Shown here: positions 22,307-34,336 of the stretch, piece after piece
Layout: every line of letters starts with the position of its first letter
Numbering within the stretch: position 1 is the first letter of the stretch
The notes under the pieces: model-generated
Told to the model about the DNA's origin: nothing
The model's input: the letters and a program-made list of their open reading frames with translations, nothing else
Database searches by the model: none
Program-made: the position numbers and the translations under genes
Assembly (NCBI GenBank): GCA_976551045.1
Contig: CDPCPM010000681.1
Coordinates: 1-64,000 of the forward strand
Direction: 5' to 3'
DNA from: Glaucostegus cemiculus
Taxonomy: Eukaryota
Length of the DNA stretch: 64,000 bases

Positions 22307-23582
22307 CTGCAAGAGGAGAGACAGAAACATTACTGTTGCCCCACAGGGCTGCCACAGAGAAAGTCAAAGCTGAAACAGGACTGAGCAGCGTGAACCTTGC
22401 AAAGCAGACCCCTGGCATCTCCGTGGTTACTGGAGCTGCTGATACCGTGCAGGTCACTGCGGCCACCAACGTGGACACAGCAAGTTCCCCAAACAGCTGA
22501 GTAGCCATCGGCCAGTTTAATCTTCTTTTGTGATTGAGGGGCGAAGGGGCAGGGGCATGGTTTGTGGGAAACTGCCTGCCCTGGGAAGTGTGATTACACG
22601 GCAGGAGCCCTGCACTCAGGCCCCTGGTTTAATAACCTGCAGCCTGGACACAGAGCAACTGGTTAAGTCAAAGCCAGCATCAGTAATGTCAATCGGGCTG
22701 ACTAATGCCCTTTGCCTGGGTTGGCCCATCTGTGATTCCAGATTCCTGGGAATGGGATTAACAAATTAACAACCTAGCAGTACCGAGAGGCAATGCGTCT
22801 GGCCATATCCTGTGAATTACGTTAACTGGGAGTCACTGAAGAGACCAGCCACTAGTCCCCATCCCTCACACCCGAGATCCCTGGACCACTGCAGAGATTA
22901 GCAAAGGTCCCCTCTGTTAGACAGCATCAGACCCCTCCCTTCCCCAAACCCAGCAGCTTCACAGACACCTACACTTGTTTACGTGCTATTCCCCACCCTT
23001 CTGTCAGTGTGAGAATTAAAACATTCGGTAAGTTTCCCATCCCGGTCAGTTGTTTTGCACTGAACTGCTGGACACCCAGAGAGCAAATCCTTCGTTCCAA
23101 GAGCTGTCTGATATTGATCGGAGCCCACACTTTAAACACTTGAAGCTAGGGGACCTCTTGTAGAAATGAGTGTTGACTCAAGAAGGAAACGGCATCCGAG
23201 CAAGCGGTTTGTCACTGCTGGGTTTACTTCACGGGCTCTGGATGTTAAACCTCTGGGAAGTCGGGGTTGTCATGAAATGTGGATGGTTTCTCTTGCCTTC
23301 CTGCAGAGGACGGCTGAGATGTGAGGCTTCTCCGGTTTGATTCACACGCCCAGCCTCCAGTAACTGTTGAGGGCCACTGAAGCAGCCTGCAGATCTGATG
23401 TGCCTCCCATCGAGGTACAACTCCTCGATGCACGTCAAACCTGCCTCAAAATGTAAAAAGTAAAAGCCTTGGTACTGTGCAATCAAATAATTCTTACCCC
23501 AGGAGCAGGGGGCCCTTCCGAAGGTCTGTCAGCAAACTCTCGCCGGCTTCAGATCAGATGAGTCATTGGCTCCGAGGCTCTG

Positions 23583-23660
23583 CTGACCGAGACTGGCCAG
23601 TGTCCAGGGGGCTTGGCCACTCTGACCGAGACTGGCCAGTGTCCAGGGGGCTTGGCCACT
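23583..23660. repeat. Perfect 39-bp tandem duplication
   Basis: ctgaccgagactggccagtgtccagggggcttggccact twice. Confidence 0.95.
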
Positions 23661-23684
23661 CGATCAGTCCCTAATCAAAATGTT

Positions 23685-24050
23685 ATGTTGGGATCTTTGA
23701 TACACCCAGGGCAATAGGTCAACCTTGTTTGAGTGTTTTATCTAAAAGGAGAGCCAATGTAGCAGTGTGGGGCTGAGGGAGCACTGCACCGTCAACTAGT
23801 CGGCTGCTAACCCAAACCCAAACTGAGCCAGAGTGACGTAGGGCGGTAAACCAAGGTCCTCAGGTGCAGAAGGTCCCATGACACCATTTCAAAGACCAGA
23901 GGAACGGTCCCAGTGACCTGGTCAACCTCCCCTCACGTTGTCCGGCCATTGTCACACTGCTGCTCATGGGTTCTCGCTGACACAAGGAGCTGAAAGCACC
24001 AAGTTGGACCTCATTTCAATAGCACCTCGCACATCCCAATGACAGAGGCA
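23685..24050. mobile_element. Two old Deu-domain SINE fragments in opposite orientation
   Basis: gggatcttt..tatctaaaagga (minus), then ctgagggagcactgcac..aaaccaagg..ggtcccatgacaccatttcaaaga (plus). Confidence 0.5.
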
Positions 24051-24403
24051 CTGATCTAGAGGATGGGAGTAAGAAGCCACGTGGGAGTCCGTGGGATTGG
24101 GGATTCAGAGGCTGCGTGGAAATGGACATGGTTCAGTGATGGACCGCTGAACTGCTCCGTAATGATGCTTGCCACGGGCTGGTTTTGAGCCAAGTCCTTT
24201 CAATTTGTAAAGTTTATATAAAGTTGGCAGACATACAAAATCTGGTAAACTTGAAGCCAGTCGTGAGGATAGCAGTTTGTGCTGAGATGGGCTGGGGTGT
24301 GGCAGATGGAGTTTAATGCAGAGAAGCAGAGTGGTGCAGCTGAACGATGCTGGGCCCATAGCCCAGAGGTTGATGGACTGAAACCACCCTCTGCTATACT
24401 TCA

Positions 24404-24675
24404 GGCCGCACGGTAGTGTAGCGGTTAGCGTAGCGCTATTACAGCGCCAGCGACCTGGGTTCAATTCCAGCCGCTGTAAGGAGCCTGTACGTTCTCTCCG
24501 TGTCTGCGTGGGTTTCCTCCCACATTCCAAAGATGTACGGGTGAGGAAGTTGTGGGCGTGCTATGTTGGCGCCGGAAGCGTGGCGACACTTGCGGGCTGC
24601 CCCCTAGAACACTATGCAAAAGATGCATTTCACTGTGTTTTGGCATACACGTGACTAATAAATAAATATATCTTA
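24404..24675 (+). mobile_element. Young tRNA-derived V-SINE, tail type 1, inserted in a decayed CR1 RT fragment
   Basis: Highly similar to 20051-20325; tail catttcactgtgttttggcatacacgtgactaataaa. Confidence 0.88.
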
Positions 24676-25539
24676 AAGTGTGGAATCACGCATCGTAGGA
24701 GGACTGATGTAGAAGAGTTTACTGAGACGATGCCCGGCTGTGGACAGAGGCAGTGACCGTAACACAAACTCAACCCTTCAAGGTGCAGGGGAGGTGGACC
24801 CCGTTGGAAAGTGTACGGGTTTCCAGAGGAACATTAAATGATCAAAGATCAGGAGAGAACTTTATAAACCATTTGGTTAGACGTCGGCTGGAGTTCTGAG
24901 AACCTTTCTGGGCTCCACCACAAGGGGTGAGGAGGCCTTAGAAATGGTTCAGGAAGCTGCTGAGATGAGGGGCTCCTGCTATAGGGAGAGACTGGAAAAG
25001 TTCAATGTGTTTCCTCCGTCTGGTCACCTGTAGAGGTGAGCTGGTAGAGGAGCTCTGACAGATCAAGAACACCCATTCTCGGGGAGGGCTGGTCGTTAAC
25101 CATAGTTACATCCGTGGGGAAAGATCCTGCACAGGGTGTCAGCTGGAAAAGGCAGAGGATGCTCCCTTCAATAACTGCACACAAGATCACAAGATAATGG
25201 AGCAGAAGCAGGCCAGTCGGCCCATCGAGTCTGCTCCAAAGGGAAGGGAGGGTGGGGAAAAAAAGAGGTTAAGAAAAAAAGACACCTACTATTCTAAGTC
25301 CAAATCCCTGCCTTATCTCCATATCCCTTGATACCTTGACCAATTAGATATCTATCTATTTCCTTCTTGAATATCCCTGCAGCCTGGAATTGGACAGGAA
25401 CCGGAAGGTGGGCAGAGTCCGGGAAGGGAGGTGGCTGGGGGAGGGGCGGCTGTTTCAAAGACCCAGCACAACGCCAGCGAGTCTTTGAAACAGCCGCCCC
25501 CCTCGAAGGACCACTGGAGAGTTGCAGAAACAGACTGAC

Positions 25540-25650
25540 CCGCCGAGCTTTGCTCTGATACCGCACAGCTTTCTTCGTCTCTTCCTTTGCCCGTTCGACG
25601 TATTCGGTGGCGTTCACCACGTTTGTCTCGATGTTGTTAACCATTTCACC
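25540..25650 (-). CDS. STX2: Syntaxin-2 exon 9 ([37 protein letters not shown])
   Basis: 111 nt, tag|...|gtcagt; SNARE C-half and polybasic juxtamembrane segment. Confidence 0.97.
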
Positions 25651-25687
25651 CTATAAAAGGAGAAAGTTTTAGCCACATTGTAAGGTG

Positions 25688-25866
25688 GTGTGCACGCATG
25701 TATGTATATATCAGTGTGTGCGCACGTGTATATCTGAGTGTGTGTGCATCTGTGCGCACACGTCTGAGTGTGTAAACCAATGTATGTGTATGAGTGTGCG
25801 CGTGTATGTGTATATATAAACGAGTGTGCGTGTGCACACGTACATGTATGTGTATATACGTGTGCG
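25688..25866. repeat. Degenerate (GT/AT/GC)n purine-pyrimidine microsatellite just upstream of the STX2 exon 9 acceptor
   Basis: Directly visible. Confidence 0.85.
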
Positions 25867-28084
25867 ACCTTTCCCCTCCCACCATTACTCCACTCCTGTG
25901 TCAGACTCTGACCCTACTACTCGTTCATTAGACCCACTACCCAAGCTCCCCACACAGACCTGCCCCGACCCCCTCAACGCTCCTCGTTAACAGCACACAC
26001 ACTGCTCCAACAACAGTGCGGTGCCGAGCTGCCACTCCAACCCCCCGGCTGTCACTGCCTCCGGCAGCGCAGGGCTGGCCCACCGGTTCCGTACCGAGCA
26101 GAGCCCCCCATCACTGCATCAGCTCCCCACTGAACCCCTTCAACAGTCAGAGTGGGACAGCACAGCCCCCCCAGCCCGTGCTGATCAAACACCCAGTTAC
26201 ACCCACCTACACTCACCCCACATCCCCGTCAACTCCCCCCAGATTCTACCCCTCACCCACACACTGGGGACAATCTGCAGTGACCAATTAACCCACCGAC
26301 CCCGGAGCAAGACAACCCCCACCCCACACTTGCCCTCCATCACACACTGGTGAAATCCCAACAAACCCACTGCGCCTCTTTCCCAACCTCCCCCCTCCTC
26401 TCTCTCTCTCTCGCAAATGCCCAGGCCTCTGCTCCAGGCAATTCTTCAGGAGCACACCAGGGACATGGACATTACAAGGAAAGCTCCCTCACTGAGCCCA
26501 CAGATCCTCAGCCCCTACAGCAAGAACGATGTCTACACGTACTGAACCCGGCCTCAGTCCCAAGCAGCCTGGCTCCTCCTCGCTGAGGATTCCCCATGGG
26601 GAGATAGTTTATCACCACCCAGTGAAGGGTTCAAACACCCAGACTGCCCAGGAGAGGGGTTCTGCCCCTTGTCACAAGTAGAACATAAAACCACGCCTTC
26701 TGTCGTCCGTCTGCACTGATCACCCCTTCCAAACTCCAGCTCTGAGGAGTGACTCAAAAATATCAATAGGCGTGTCCTGACTGTCCAAGTCCGCCATGGA
26801 CTGGTGAGCCCGATTATGTGATGAAGATGCTTCACGACTACACACAGCAGCGGGTGAAATGACGCTGAGGCTGACGAAGGGGCACAGGAAACATCATTCA
26901 GTGCAGACGCTGGGGTCCCCCGTCTGCACCCAGCACCATTACTGAATTATCACTGATGCGTCAGGCAGCCCCGACCCCATGCATGCACACCGTGCCGGTG
27001 AGAGCTCGGGATGTCAGTGTCAGCGGACGGGACAGATACCACAGCGATTCGACATGCTCATTGATGGAATGGATGGAATCGTGTGTATTGGGTTGTTACC
27101 TCTGTTACCGGCCATCAGCAGCACTTAACACAAAGAGAGAGAAATCTCATTTACACATTAACACACACATCAGGAAGCCCCGTCTGAAGCAACTCTGCAG
27201 CACAGACACGTACCAAACTGGTCTGGGTACGTTTTACACAGTCAATGGTACAGGACAGGGCAGGACCTGCACACTAAACTGTCTCACAGGACAGGAGGTG
27301 GCTATTCAGCCCATTGAATCCATGCTGACCCTCAGAGCAAACCCATCATTGCCCGCTCCCCACCCATCTCCCTGGAACCCATTTGTTACACATGGTTTAG
27401 AGACACTCGGCACAGAAAACAGGCCCTTTGGCCCACTGTGTTCCTGCTAGCCATCAAGTGCCTACCACCACAGATTCTGACAACAATGTGACCTTCTATG
27501 CCAGTGTTTCAGCAGCTTGTCTAAATCCTCCACACCCTCAGTCCACCCTCCCCCCTCCTCTTTATACCAGCCATCTCCCCTCTCAGTCCCGATGCAGGAA
27601 TTCAACCCAAAACGTTGACAATCTCCCTGGACAGCTCCTCCCACCAGCCCCCCCCCACCTCCGGGCCTTTCACACCAAGGCACTCCCTGTTAATGTTGGG
27701 CAAGCTGTTGTCCCCTCCCACTGTAGCCCCATAGTTGTCAACAATACTGTGACTTATCCACACATCTGCTCCTCCAGCTCCCACTGAGAAAGCCGGCTGT
27801 AACCGCCAGCAGGGAGATCGCTTCCTCTTGTTTCTAAGCCCCACTCACAGGACCTCATTTAAAGAACCTTCCAGGATCTCCTCCTCCATCAGTTCAGTCA
27901 TGGACTCCTTCATGAATTCTGCAATGTTCCTGCTCCTTTCCCACCTGAAGGTTCTGTATCCTGAATGTTGAGTTGCCGGCCCTGCCTGTCCTTTAACCTG
28001 TCTCTCTGTGATGGCAACAGTATCATCATCCCGTGTGCTAACCCCCGCTGCCCTGTGCTCCACCCTCCAGCGTGGAGTGACTGA

Positions 28085-28240
28085 CAGTACCCACAGGTCC
28101 TTGGGATGTGGGTGGAAACAGGAGCTCCCGGGGGGAACCCACAGTCACAGGGAGAACATGCAAACTCCACACAGACAGCGCCGGAGGTCAGGATTGAACC
28201 GGTGTGAGGCAGCAGCTCTGTGTGCACTGGTGCCACCCCT
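28085..28240 (-). mobile_element. Older HE1-like V-SINE (related copies at about 28575-28860 +, 35230-35510 -, 47780-47910 -, 48750-48975 +, 56570-56650 +)
   Basis: tgcaaactccacacagacagc..ggtcaggattgaacc shared among copies. Confidence 0.65.
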
Positions 28241-29463
28241 AACTTACACTGACAAACGGTTAGCGTGTCAGCTGCGGTGTCTGGTTACACTGCAAGCGAG
28301 CAGTGGCAGCACTGAGGGAGCAGAGTTGGAGGGACTGGGCATGGCTGCGATCTCGTCTCCGGGTTAAACAATAATCTGCTTTAATTTTTTCTCAAAACAG
28401 GTTTGTAATTTCCTGTCTGAGGGAGAACCTGTGTATCAGCTTCTCACTGGCCACCTGCCTCGGCAAAGCCTGCAGTACAACATGAGACTTCAGTCAGAGG
28501 ACAGCTCCCTGAGTGCTGGACTCTGGGTTTAAACCAGGTTTGGGAAAAGCCCTGAGGCTAGAAGACGGCAGACAGCAGGTAGTGCAGCTGTTCCACAGCT
28601 CCAGGGACCCGGGTGTGGAGTTTGCCCAGTGACCGTGCGGGATTCCCCCGGTGCTCCGGTTTCCTCCCACATCCCACACGCTGCTGGGTGTGAAATACCA
28701 CTCGTGTGGGTGGGTGGCAGGGGACTTACTGGAGAGCTGACGGAGAGGTGAGAGAGACTAGGTCATGGGAATAAGTGGCGTGGGAGCGCTGGGTTTACTG
28801 AGCTGGCACAGATTCATCAGGCAAAGTAGCTTCCTTCCATGTTGTAATGAAGTATGAAATAATATGAGAAATACAAAGTCAAACGTAGCTACTTTCTTCA
28901 AGAACCTTCCGAGGGCAAGGAGCAGTTCCACACTGAGAGCCGGAGCTGTCGCTGGGACAGACCTAATCCTCACTCTGGTTCTCCAACCCTCAGTGCAGGT
29001 TTGGAGTTGATGGTTTGAGGTAAAAGCTGTGCCTGCCCAACATTCAGATGGGCAAAGTGGAGCCTCGGGGTGGACTCAGCAACGTCACGCTTGGTCAGCG
29101 GCAGGAGGAGTCTGCACAGCCTCAGCTGACCCCGCACCACGACCAGCTCCTGGCGTTTCCACTCCACACAGGCTTGCACCAAAGCTCTGACCCCACACAC
29201 CCGTCTTACTCTTCGACGTTCCGTGACATTCCGTGACTACTTACACCATCACCAATCCAAATTTATGTCGGCAGCCCTGTCACAGACTGCCCTTGTCCTG
29301 CTCACCCCACTGACCGGCTTGGCAGTTAAAGAGTTTATTGCTAAACTCTTACAGCTGTGACATTAGGTGAGACAGTAACTGCCTCTCCCCCTCACTGTGT
29401 CTGCAGCTCGACCTGCTGAGTGTTTCTAGCACTTGTTGCTTTTGCTGGTTTTCAGGTTAATGT

Positions 29464-29835
29464 CCGGGACCGCCGGACGCTGTCCCGACACCCCGCCCCA
29501 CCCCCGGGACCGCCGGACGCTGTCCCGACACCCCGCCCCACCCCCGGGACCGCCGGACGCTGTCCCGACACCCCGCCCCACCCCCGGGACCGCCGGACGC
29601 TGTCCCGACACCCCGCCCCACCCCCGGGACCGCCGGACGCTGTCCCGACACCCCGCCCCACCCCCGGGACCGCCGGACGCTGTCCCGACACCCCGCCCCA
29701 CCCCCGGGACCGCCGGACGCTGTCCCGACACCCCGCCCCACCCCCGGGACCGCTGGACACTGTCCCACCGACACCCCACCCGACACTGTCCCACCAACAC
29801 CCCGCCCCGCCCCCGGCAGACGCGGTCCCACCGAC
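29464..29835. repeat. CpG-rich 40-bp minisatellite (ccgggaccgccggacgctgtcccgacaccccgccccaccc), 7 perfect copies plus degenerate ones
   Basis: Directly visible in STX2 intron 8. Confidence 0.97.
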
Positions 29836-30347
29836 ACCCTCCCCCAGCTTTCCCTGGTATCCGACTAATGTTCCAGTCCACATGCAGAGCCACCACCCAA
29901 GGCTCGGATGTGTGCAGTCACACGGATGCTGAGCTTGTTTCTATGGTTACAGTTTTCCAATGAATCACCCTCGGAATTGTTGCTTCAATCAACACATGCC
30001 CTTGTGACACTGCGCGCCAAGACTCTGACTATACTTCCTGTTCAATAAGCAGGCAGCGCCTGCTTCTCATACAACTCCACAGCCCAGAAAATTAATAACC
30101 CAAACTAGCTGCTAACTACAGGGGCAGAAAGCCCAGCTCCTGGAAGCTAGGGGCACATCAGGACACAGGCAGTTGGTGGGGAGTTAAGTCTTGACTCCAC
30201 ACTCCCTTCCACCTGCAGGGATTGCTTCATCCGAGCACTGCTCCACAACACGTGCCAGCAGCATGCTTACACACCTAACAACTGTGCAAATAACTCTGGC
30301 ATTTAACTCTTCATTTTAAACAGACAGCAGACTTTCAGACACCCCAC

Positions 30348-30485
30348 CTGTTGTTCCACTAACATCGCCATGTCCACAAACATGTCGTGCAGCTCCCGTA
30401 TACTCGCTTCCAGCTTGATGATGTCCTTGTGCCGTGACTCAATCTCGTTAAGAGCTTGCCTGGTGATCTGAGTGTCTGATATGAT
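30348..30485 (-). CDS. STX2: Syntaxin-2 exon 8 ([46 protein letters not shown]; SNARE motif N-half with 0-layer Q)
   Basis: 138 nt, cag|...CAG|gtgggg; Qa-SNARE motif. Confidence 0.97.
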
Positions 30486-31569
30486 CTGTGAAGGTACAGA
30501 CCGAGAGGTGACTTTGTGCCGTTCAGGAACTCTAACCTCTTGCTTCCTCCTGCTGTTCAAAGTTTGAGCAGGGGAAAGGGCTGTCCAGGACCCGTCTTGT
30601 TTCTCCCAAAGGGTGGAGAATTCACTGCTCTACAACCACGCCATAGGGTGGCAGCTCACAGCTGAAGGGTCAGCAACACTGCTTCAGCCACAGCTATCGT
30701 GCACAGTGCTGTCGTCACACTCAGTGGACTGTCCAGGCAGGCATTTTCTTTGAAATAATGAGGTTTAACTGAGGTGGATAAAATTAAGGCGGCATTGACA
30801 GCAGAACTGTCTGCAGCTTCGTGTATAGTTTAAGACACAAGCTTTACACCTTCTCTGCTTTTCTATCAGTGCTGTAGAAGTGAGGTGCAGGAGTCAGGCC
30901 CTTTACCGCACACGGCTGGAGCAACAGAAGGTCATACAGTTCCTCCTTTTCACATCTTGGGTGGCTGGCTGGCTCTTGGCCTCAACTCTCTCCCCTCTGC
31001 TCCTCCACCCACTGAGGAAGCAACCTTCCAAGGGATCCCTGGCCTTCCGTTCAAACGCTGAGAGAGGAGTATTTCTCCACAAACCAGGATATTCCACTTC
31101 CTCAACACTGTGGCCATGAGGTGTCTGAAGTCCCCTGAGACAGGAGGTGGAACCCTGGGTTCAACACCTTGTCCAAAGGACATCACCCCTGACCACCAGG
31201 GGCAAGAGGGTTGGTTGGTTAGTTGATCACTAAATTGCCCCTGACTTGCAGTGTCGATAGAATTGGGGGAGTTTATGGCAATCTGGGAGAACAGAAATAT
31301 GGGATTAATTCAATGTAAATGGATGGTTGGTCAGCACAGACTCAGTGGGCTGAAGGGCCTGTCTGTGCTATATCTACGACTACCGTGAGTGCTTCCGTTT
31401 GGAAGATGCCATCAATTCTCACGGGTGAGGCTTGAACCCAGAACCTTTTGATTTGGAGGTGAAGTGCCCAGCGGAGTGGAACAGGTGACAGGAGCTCCAT
31501 AAGGTGTTCAGGAAAAAATTTAAACTGTGCTTTCTACAAAATGTTGGGGCGATGGAGATTTCTGCGTAC

Positions 31570-31643
31570 ATCAGATGTGAAAATAGATGGGTTACCACTC
31601 TCCAACATCTCTTCCAGTTCATCGTCAGTGGTTGTCCTCCCAG
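31570..31643 (-). CDS. STX2: Syntaxin-2 exon 7 ([25 protein letters not shown]; linker)
   Basis: 74 nt, cag|...|gtacgc; near-identical to human STX2 [25 protein letters not shown]. Confidence 0.96.
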
Positions 31644-31914
31644 CTGTTGAAACAAAGCAGAAACAGTTCATTCAATGACTGCTCACCCCTCTGGAACACG
31701 TCTCCCACTCTGAAACACCAGGTTATAAAGCAAATCAATAAACTTCAGCACAAAGCAGCTAAATCCGATTCCACCTCCACCTCCTCCTTTGGCTGCCACC
31801 AGCTTTCAACACAATGAGCATCCCACCCATGGATCCATCACTGGCCTGGAACATGGCGCCCTAACGTTTAGCTCAGTTAGCCTTGGGCACTAACCAAAGG
31901 AAAGGAGCGAGAAC

Positions 31915-32430
31915 CAAACTGGAGGAACTCAGCGGGTCAAACAGCATCTGCGGGGGAAGAGGAATGGTGGGCGTTTCAGGTCGAGACCCTGCATCGGGAT
32001 ATTTGCGTCAAAGGAAAAGGCTTAAGTTTCTAAAGAAACACCCAGATTACCTTAAAATTACTCTTCCATTTCCCTTTGAGAAACAGTGGCAAAGAACCTT
32101 ATGTAGTATTTTAAAAGAGCAAGATCACAGCCCACTTCACAGGAAGGTTAGTAAGCAGGATTGACACAGAAATGTGGTAAGAAGTTGAATAATATTGCAG
32201 TTTGAATTGTATTCTAGTTTCCCGTGTTCCATACAATTTTGGCATCAAGACCAACTGACAAAAGGAGCTGGAGGGACTCAGGTCAGGCAGCACCTGTGGA
32301 GGGAAATGGACAGTCGACGTTTCAGGTCGAGATCCTCCGTCTGGCATTATGCCCATACTCTTGTATTGGATGAAGACAAGAGACTACAGATGTTGTAATC
32401 TGCAGCAAGCTAGCATCTGTGGAGGCAGAG
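31915..32430 (-). mobile_element. Penelope-like terminal fragments with decayed hammerhead-like motifs
   Basis: ggaggaactcagcgggtc..agcatctg..cgtttcaggtcgagaccct twice; related sequence at 27584-27620 and 41405-41558. Confidence 0.55.
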
Positions 32431-33339
32431 GGATCCCCCAGCACTGATACATTCATAGGTCTGTGGACAAACACGTCCAAATCCTCTACTGTTTTGATCA
32501 ACATTCAAAACTAACAGCAGCTTGCCTGAATTAATTGATTTCACAGACGCTCAGTGACAAGAACACAGTGAACAACAATAGCAAACTGGGTCTGGTGCAC
32601 AGACAGATTGGTACAAGTGGCATGAATGAGCAGTTCCTCAAAGATTTGCCTTTCCCATATGAGACTCATCAGTTGTTGTTACCGAGGGAAAATTGAACAA
32701 TGACATTTTCTAAAAGAGAATTTCTTTAAAGTTCATTTCCAATACATTTAATCTAAAACTCCCAAATGTTTCCATTAGCTTTAACACAACACCCCAAGTG
32801 GCAGGAAAGAGACAGAGGATGAAACATTCAGAATTCAGTAACTGACAGCTGGATAGGCCAGAGTTTGGAAAATCTGACTTCACACATTCCACAGAGCTGA
32901 GATCACTAACACATTACAATGAGCCAGAATTACTTCAATAAATGTTGGTCTTCAGTGTGAAAGTTCATTGTTCCATTCTCCAGTGCAGTTTGCCAAAGGA
33001 TTTCAGAATGGCATGTTAAACCCCCATTGTCCACAGCCCCGGAGAGCTGAGACTTGTGAGAGCCAATCGTCCTCTTGGTCATTAAGCTGGAAGAGGAGGC
33101 CATTCTATGACGACAGCATGTCTGTCTGCACGTGCCAACGTGTGTGTGTGGGGGGGGGGGGGGGAACACACACTGACCAGTAAGCACAAAGGCAAGGGTT
33201 GACTGTGATACGTTGTTCTAACAATGTGATTTTCCCTTGTCTTCACCCACTTCCAATGACCCTCCCCTCCTCCAGCCCGACATCTCTCGTGGGAACAGTC
33301 CCACCTCTCCAGTCCATCCACTTCACTTTGGTTCCCCAA

Positions 33340-33550
33340 CAGGAGCCTGAAGACCCTCACTCAATGATTCAGGAACAGCTTCTTCCCCTCCACCATCAGG
33401 TTTCTGAACGGCCCATGAACCCATGAACACTACCTCATCGTTCCTTTTTACAGCGCTATTTATTCTGTAGTAATTTTATGTCTTTGCACTGTACTGCTGC
33501 TGCAAAACTAATTTCACATCATAAGACAATAATAATACACCTGATTCTAA
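33340..33550 (+). mobile_element. Rex1/Babar LINE 3' end, subfamily B
   Basis: aggagcctgaagacc..gattcaggaacagcttcttccc, same as the 3' end of the 61.1-61.9 kb copy. Confidence 0.75.
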
Positions 33551-33927
33551 CTTTAGCAGTCGGGTGCCTTTTACACAGTACTTGTGTGTGACCTGTGCTC
33601 CGAGGGACCGTGGTAACCTCGAGTAGTGGACTGCAGGGAATTCACGAGGATGCTCTGCCTCAGCAGAAGCACCCTGTCCACCTTCACAAGGTGGGCAATG
33701 TTGCCTCAGGTGCATGAGCTACTCCCACTGGGATTGGACCAATGCTCCGTACAACCAGAACCCAACTTCCACACTGCTGATTCCCAACATTAATAGTAAC
33801 TTCCTGCATTTTTAAAACATTAAACCGAGCTGACATTTTTAAGAGGGGATTCAGAAAGTCACATCTGCTTTGAATGCACAATTTGTCAATGAGACAGCAA
33901 GCAGACTGCTCATTAAGATGCACTCAC

Positions 33928-34036
33928 TGATCTCGAGCTGACGCTGGATCCGCCCTTTGCTACGTTCTCTGAAATATATCTGAATCTCGTTGTACTCTGT
34001 CATCACGTTCGCAAACTTTCGGGACAGAGTTGAGTG
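33928..34036 (-). CDS. STX2: Syntaxin-2 exon 6 ([36 protein letters not shown]; helix c)
   Basis: 109 nt, cag|...|gtgagt; [15 protein letters not shown] matches STX2. Confidence 0.96.
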
Positions 34037-34262
34037 CTGAAATTGAAAGAGAGACGTGTTTAAACAGAAGAGTCACATCGACCACTGGCAGTTCAGCACA
34101 GACACATTCCTTCCTGCCTCCCCCCCCACCCCCTTTCAGCGGAGTCTGTGGGCATAACACATTCACACATAATCCCGTCATCCTGTCACCACGTGCAAGC
34201 TCGAGTGGGATTGTGACCAGCTTTCCCCTCCCGTTCCTGACAACTGGAACACAGTCCCATAC

Positions 34263-34336
34263 CTGAGTTTTCCGTATCCTTAAATCTACCGAACCTTGGT
34301 TTTCATCATCTTCATCTTTAATGCTTTGTTCTATAA
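34263..34336 (-). CDS. STX2: Syntaxin-2 exon 5 (LIEQSIKDEDDENQGSVDLRIRKTQ)
   Basis: 74 nt, tag|...CAG|gtatgg; SVDLRIR motif. Confidence 0.96.

Noticed and set aside
22032-22508. 158-aa minus-strand ORF over the last STX2 exon
   Set aside because: It is in a different frame from the TM anchor and has no recognisable features.
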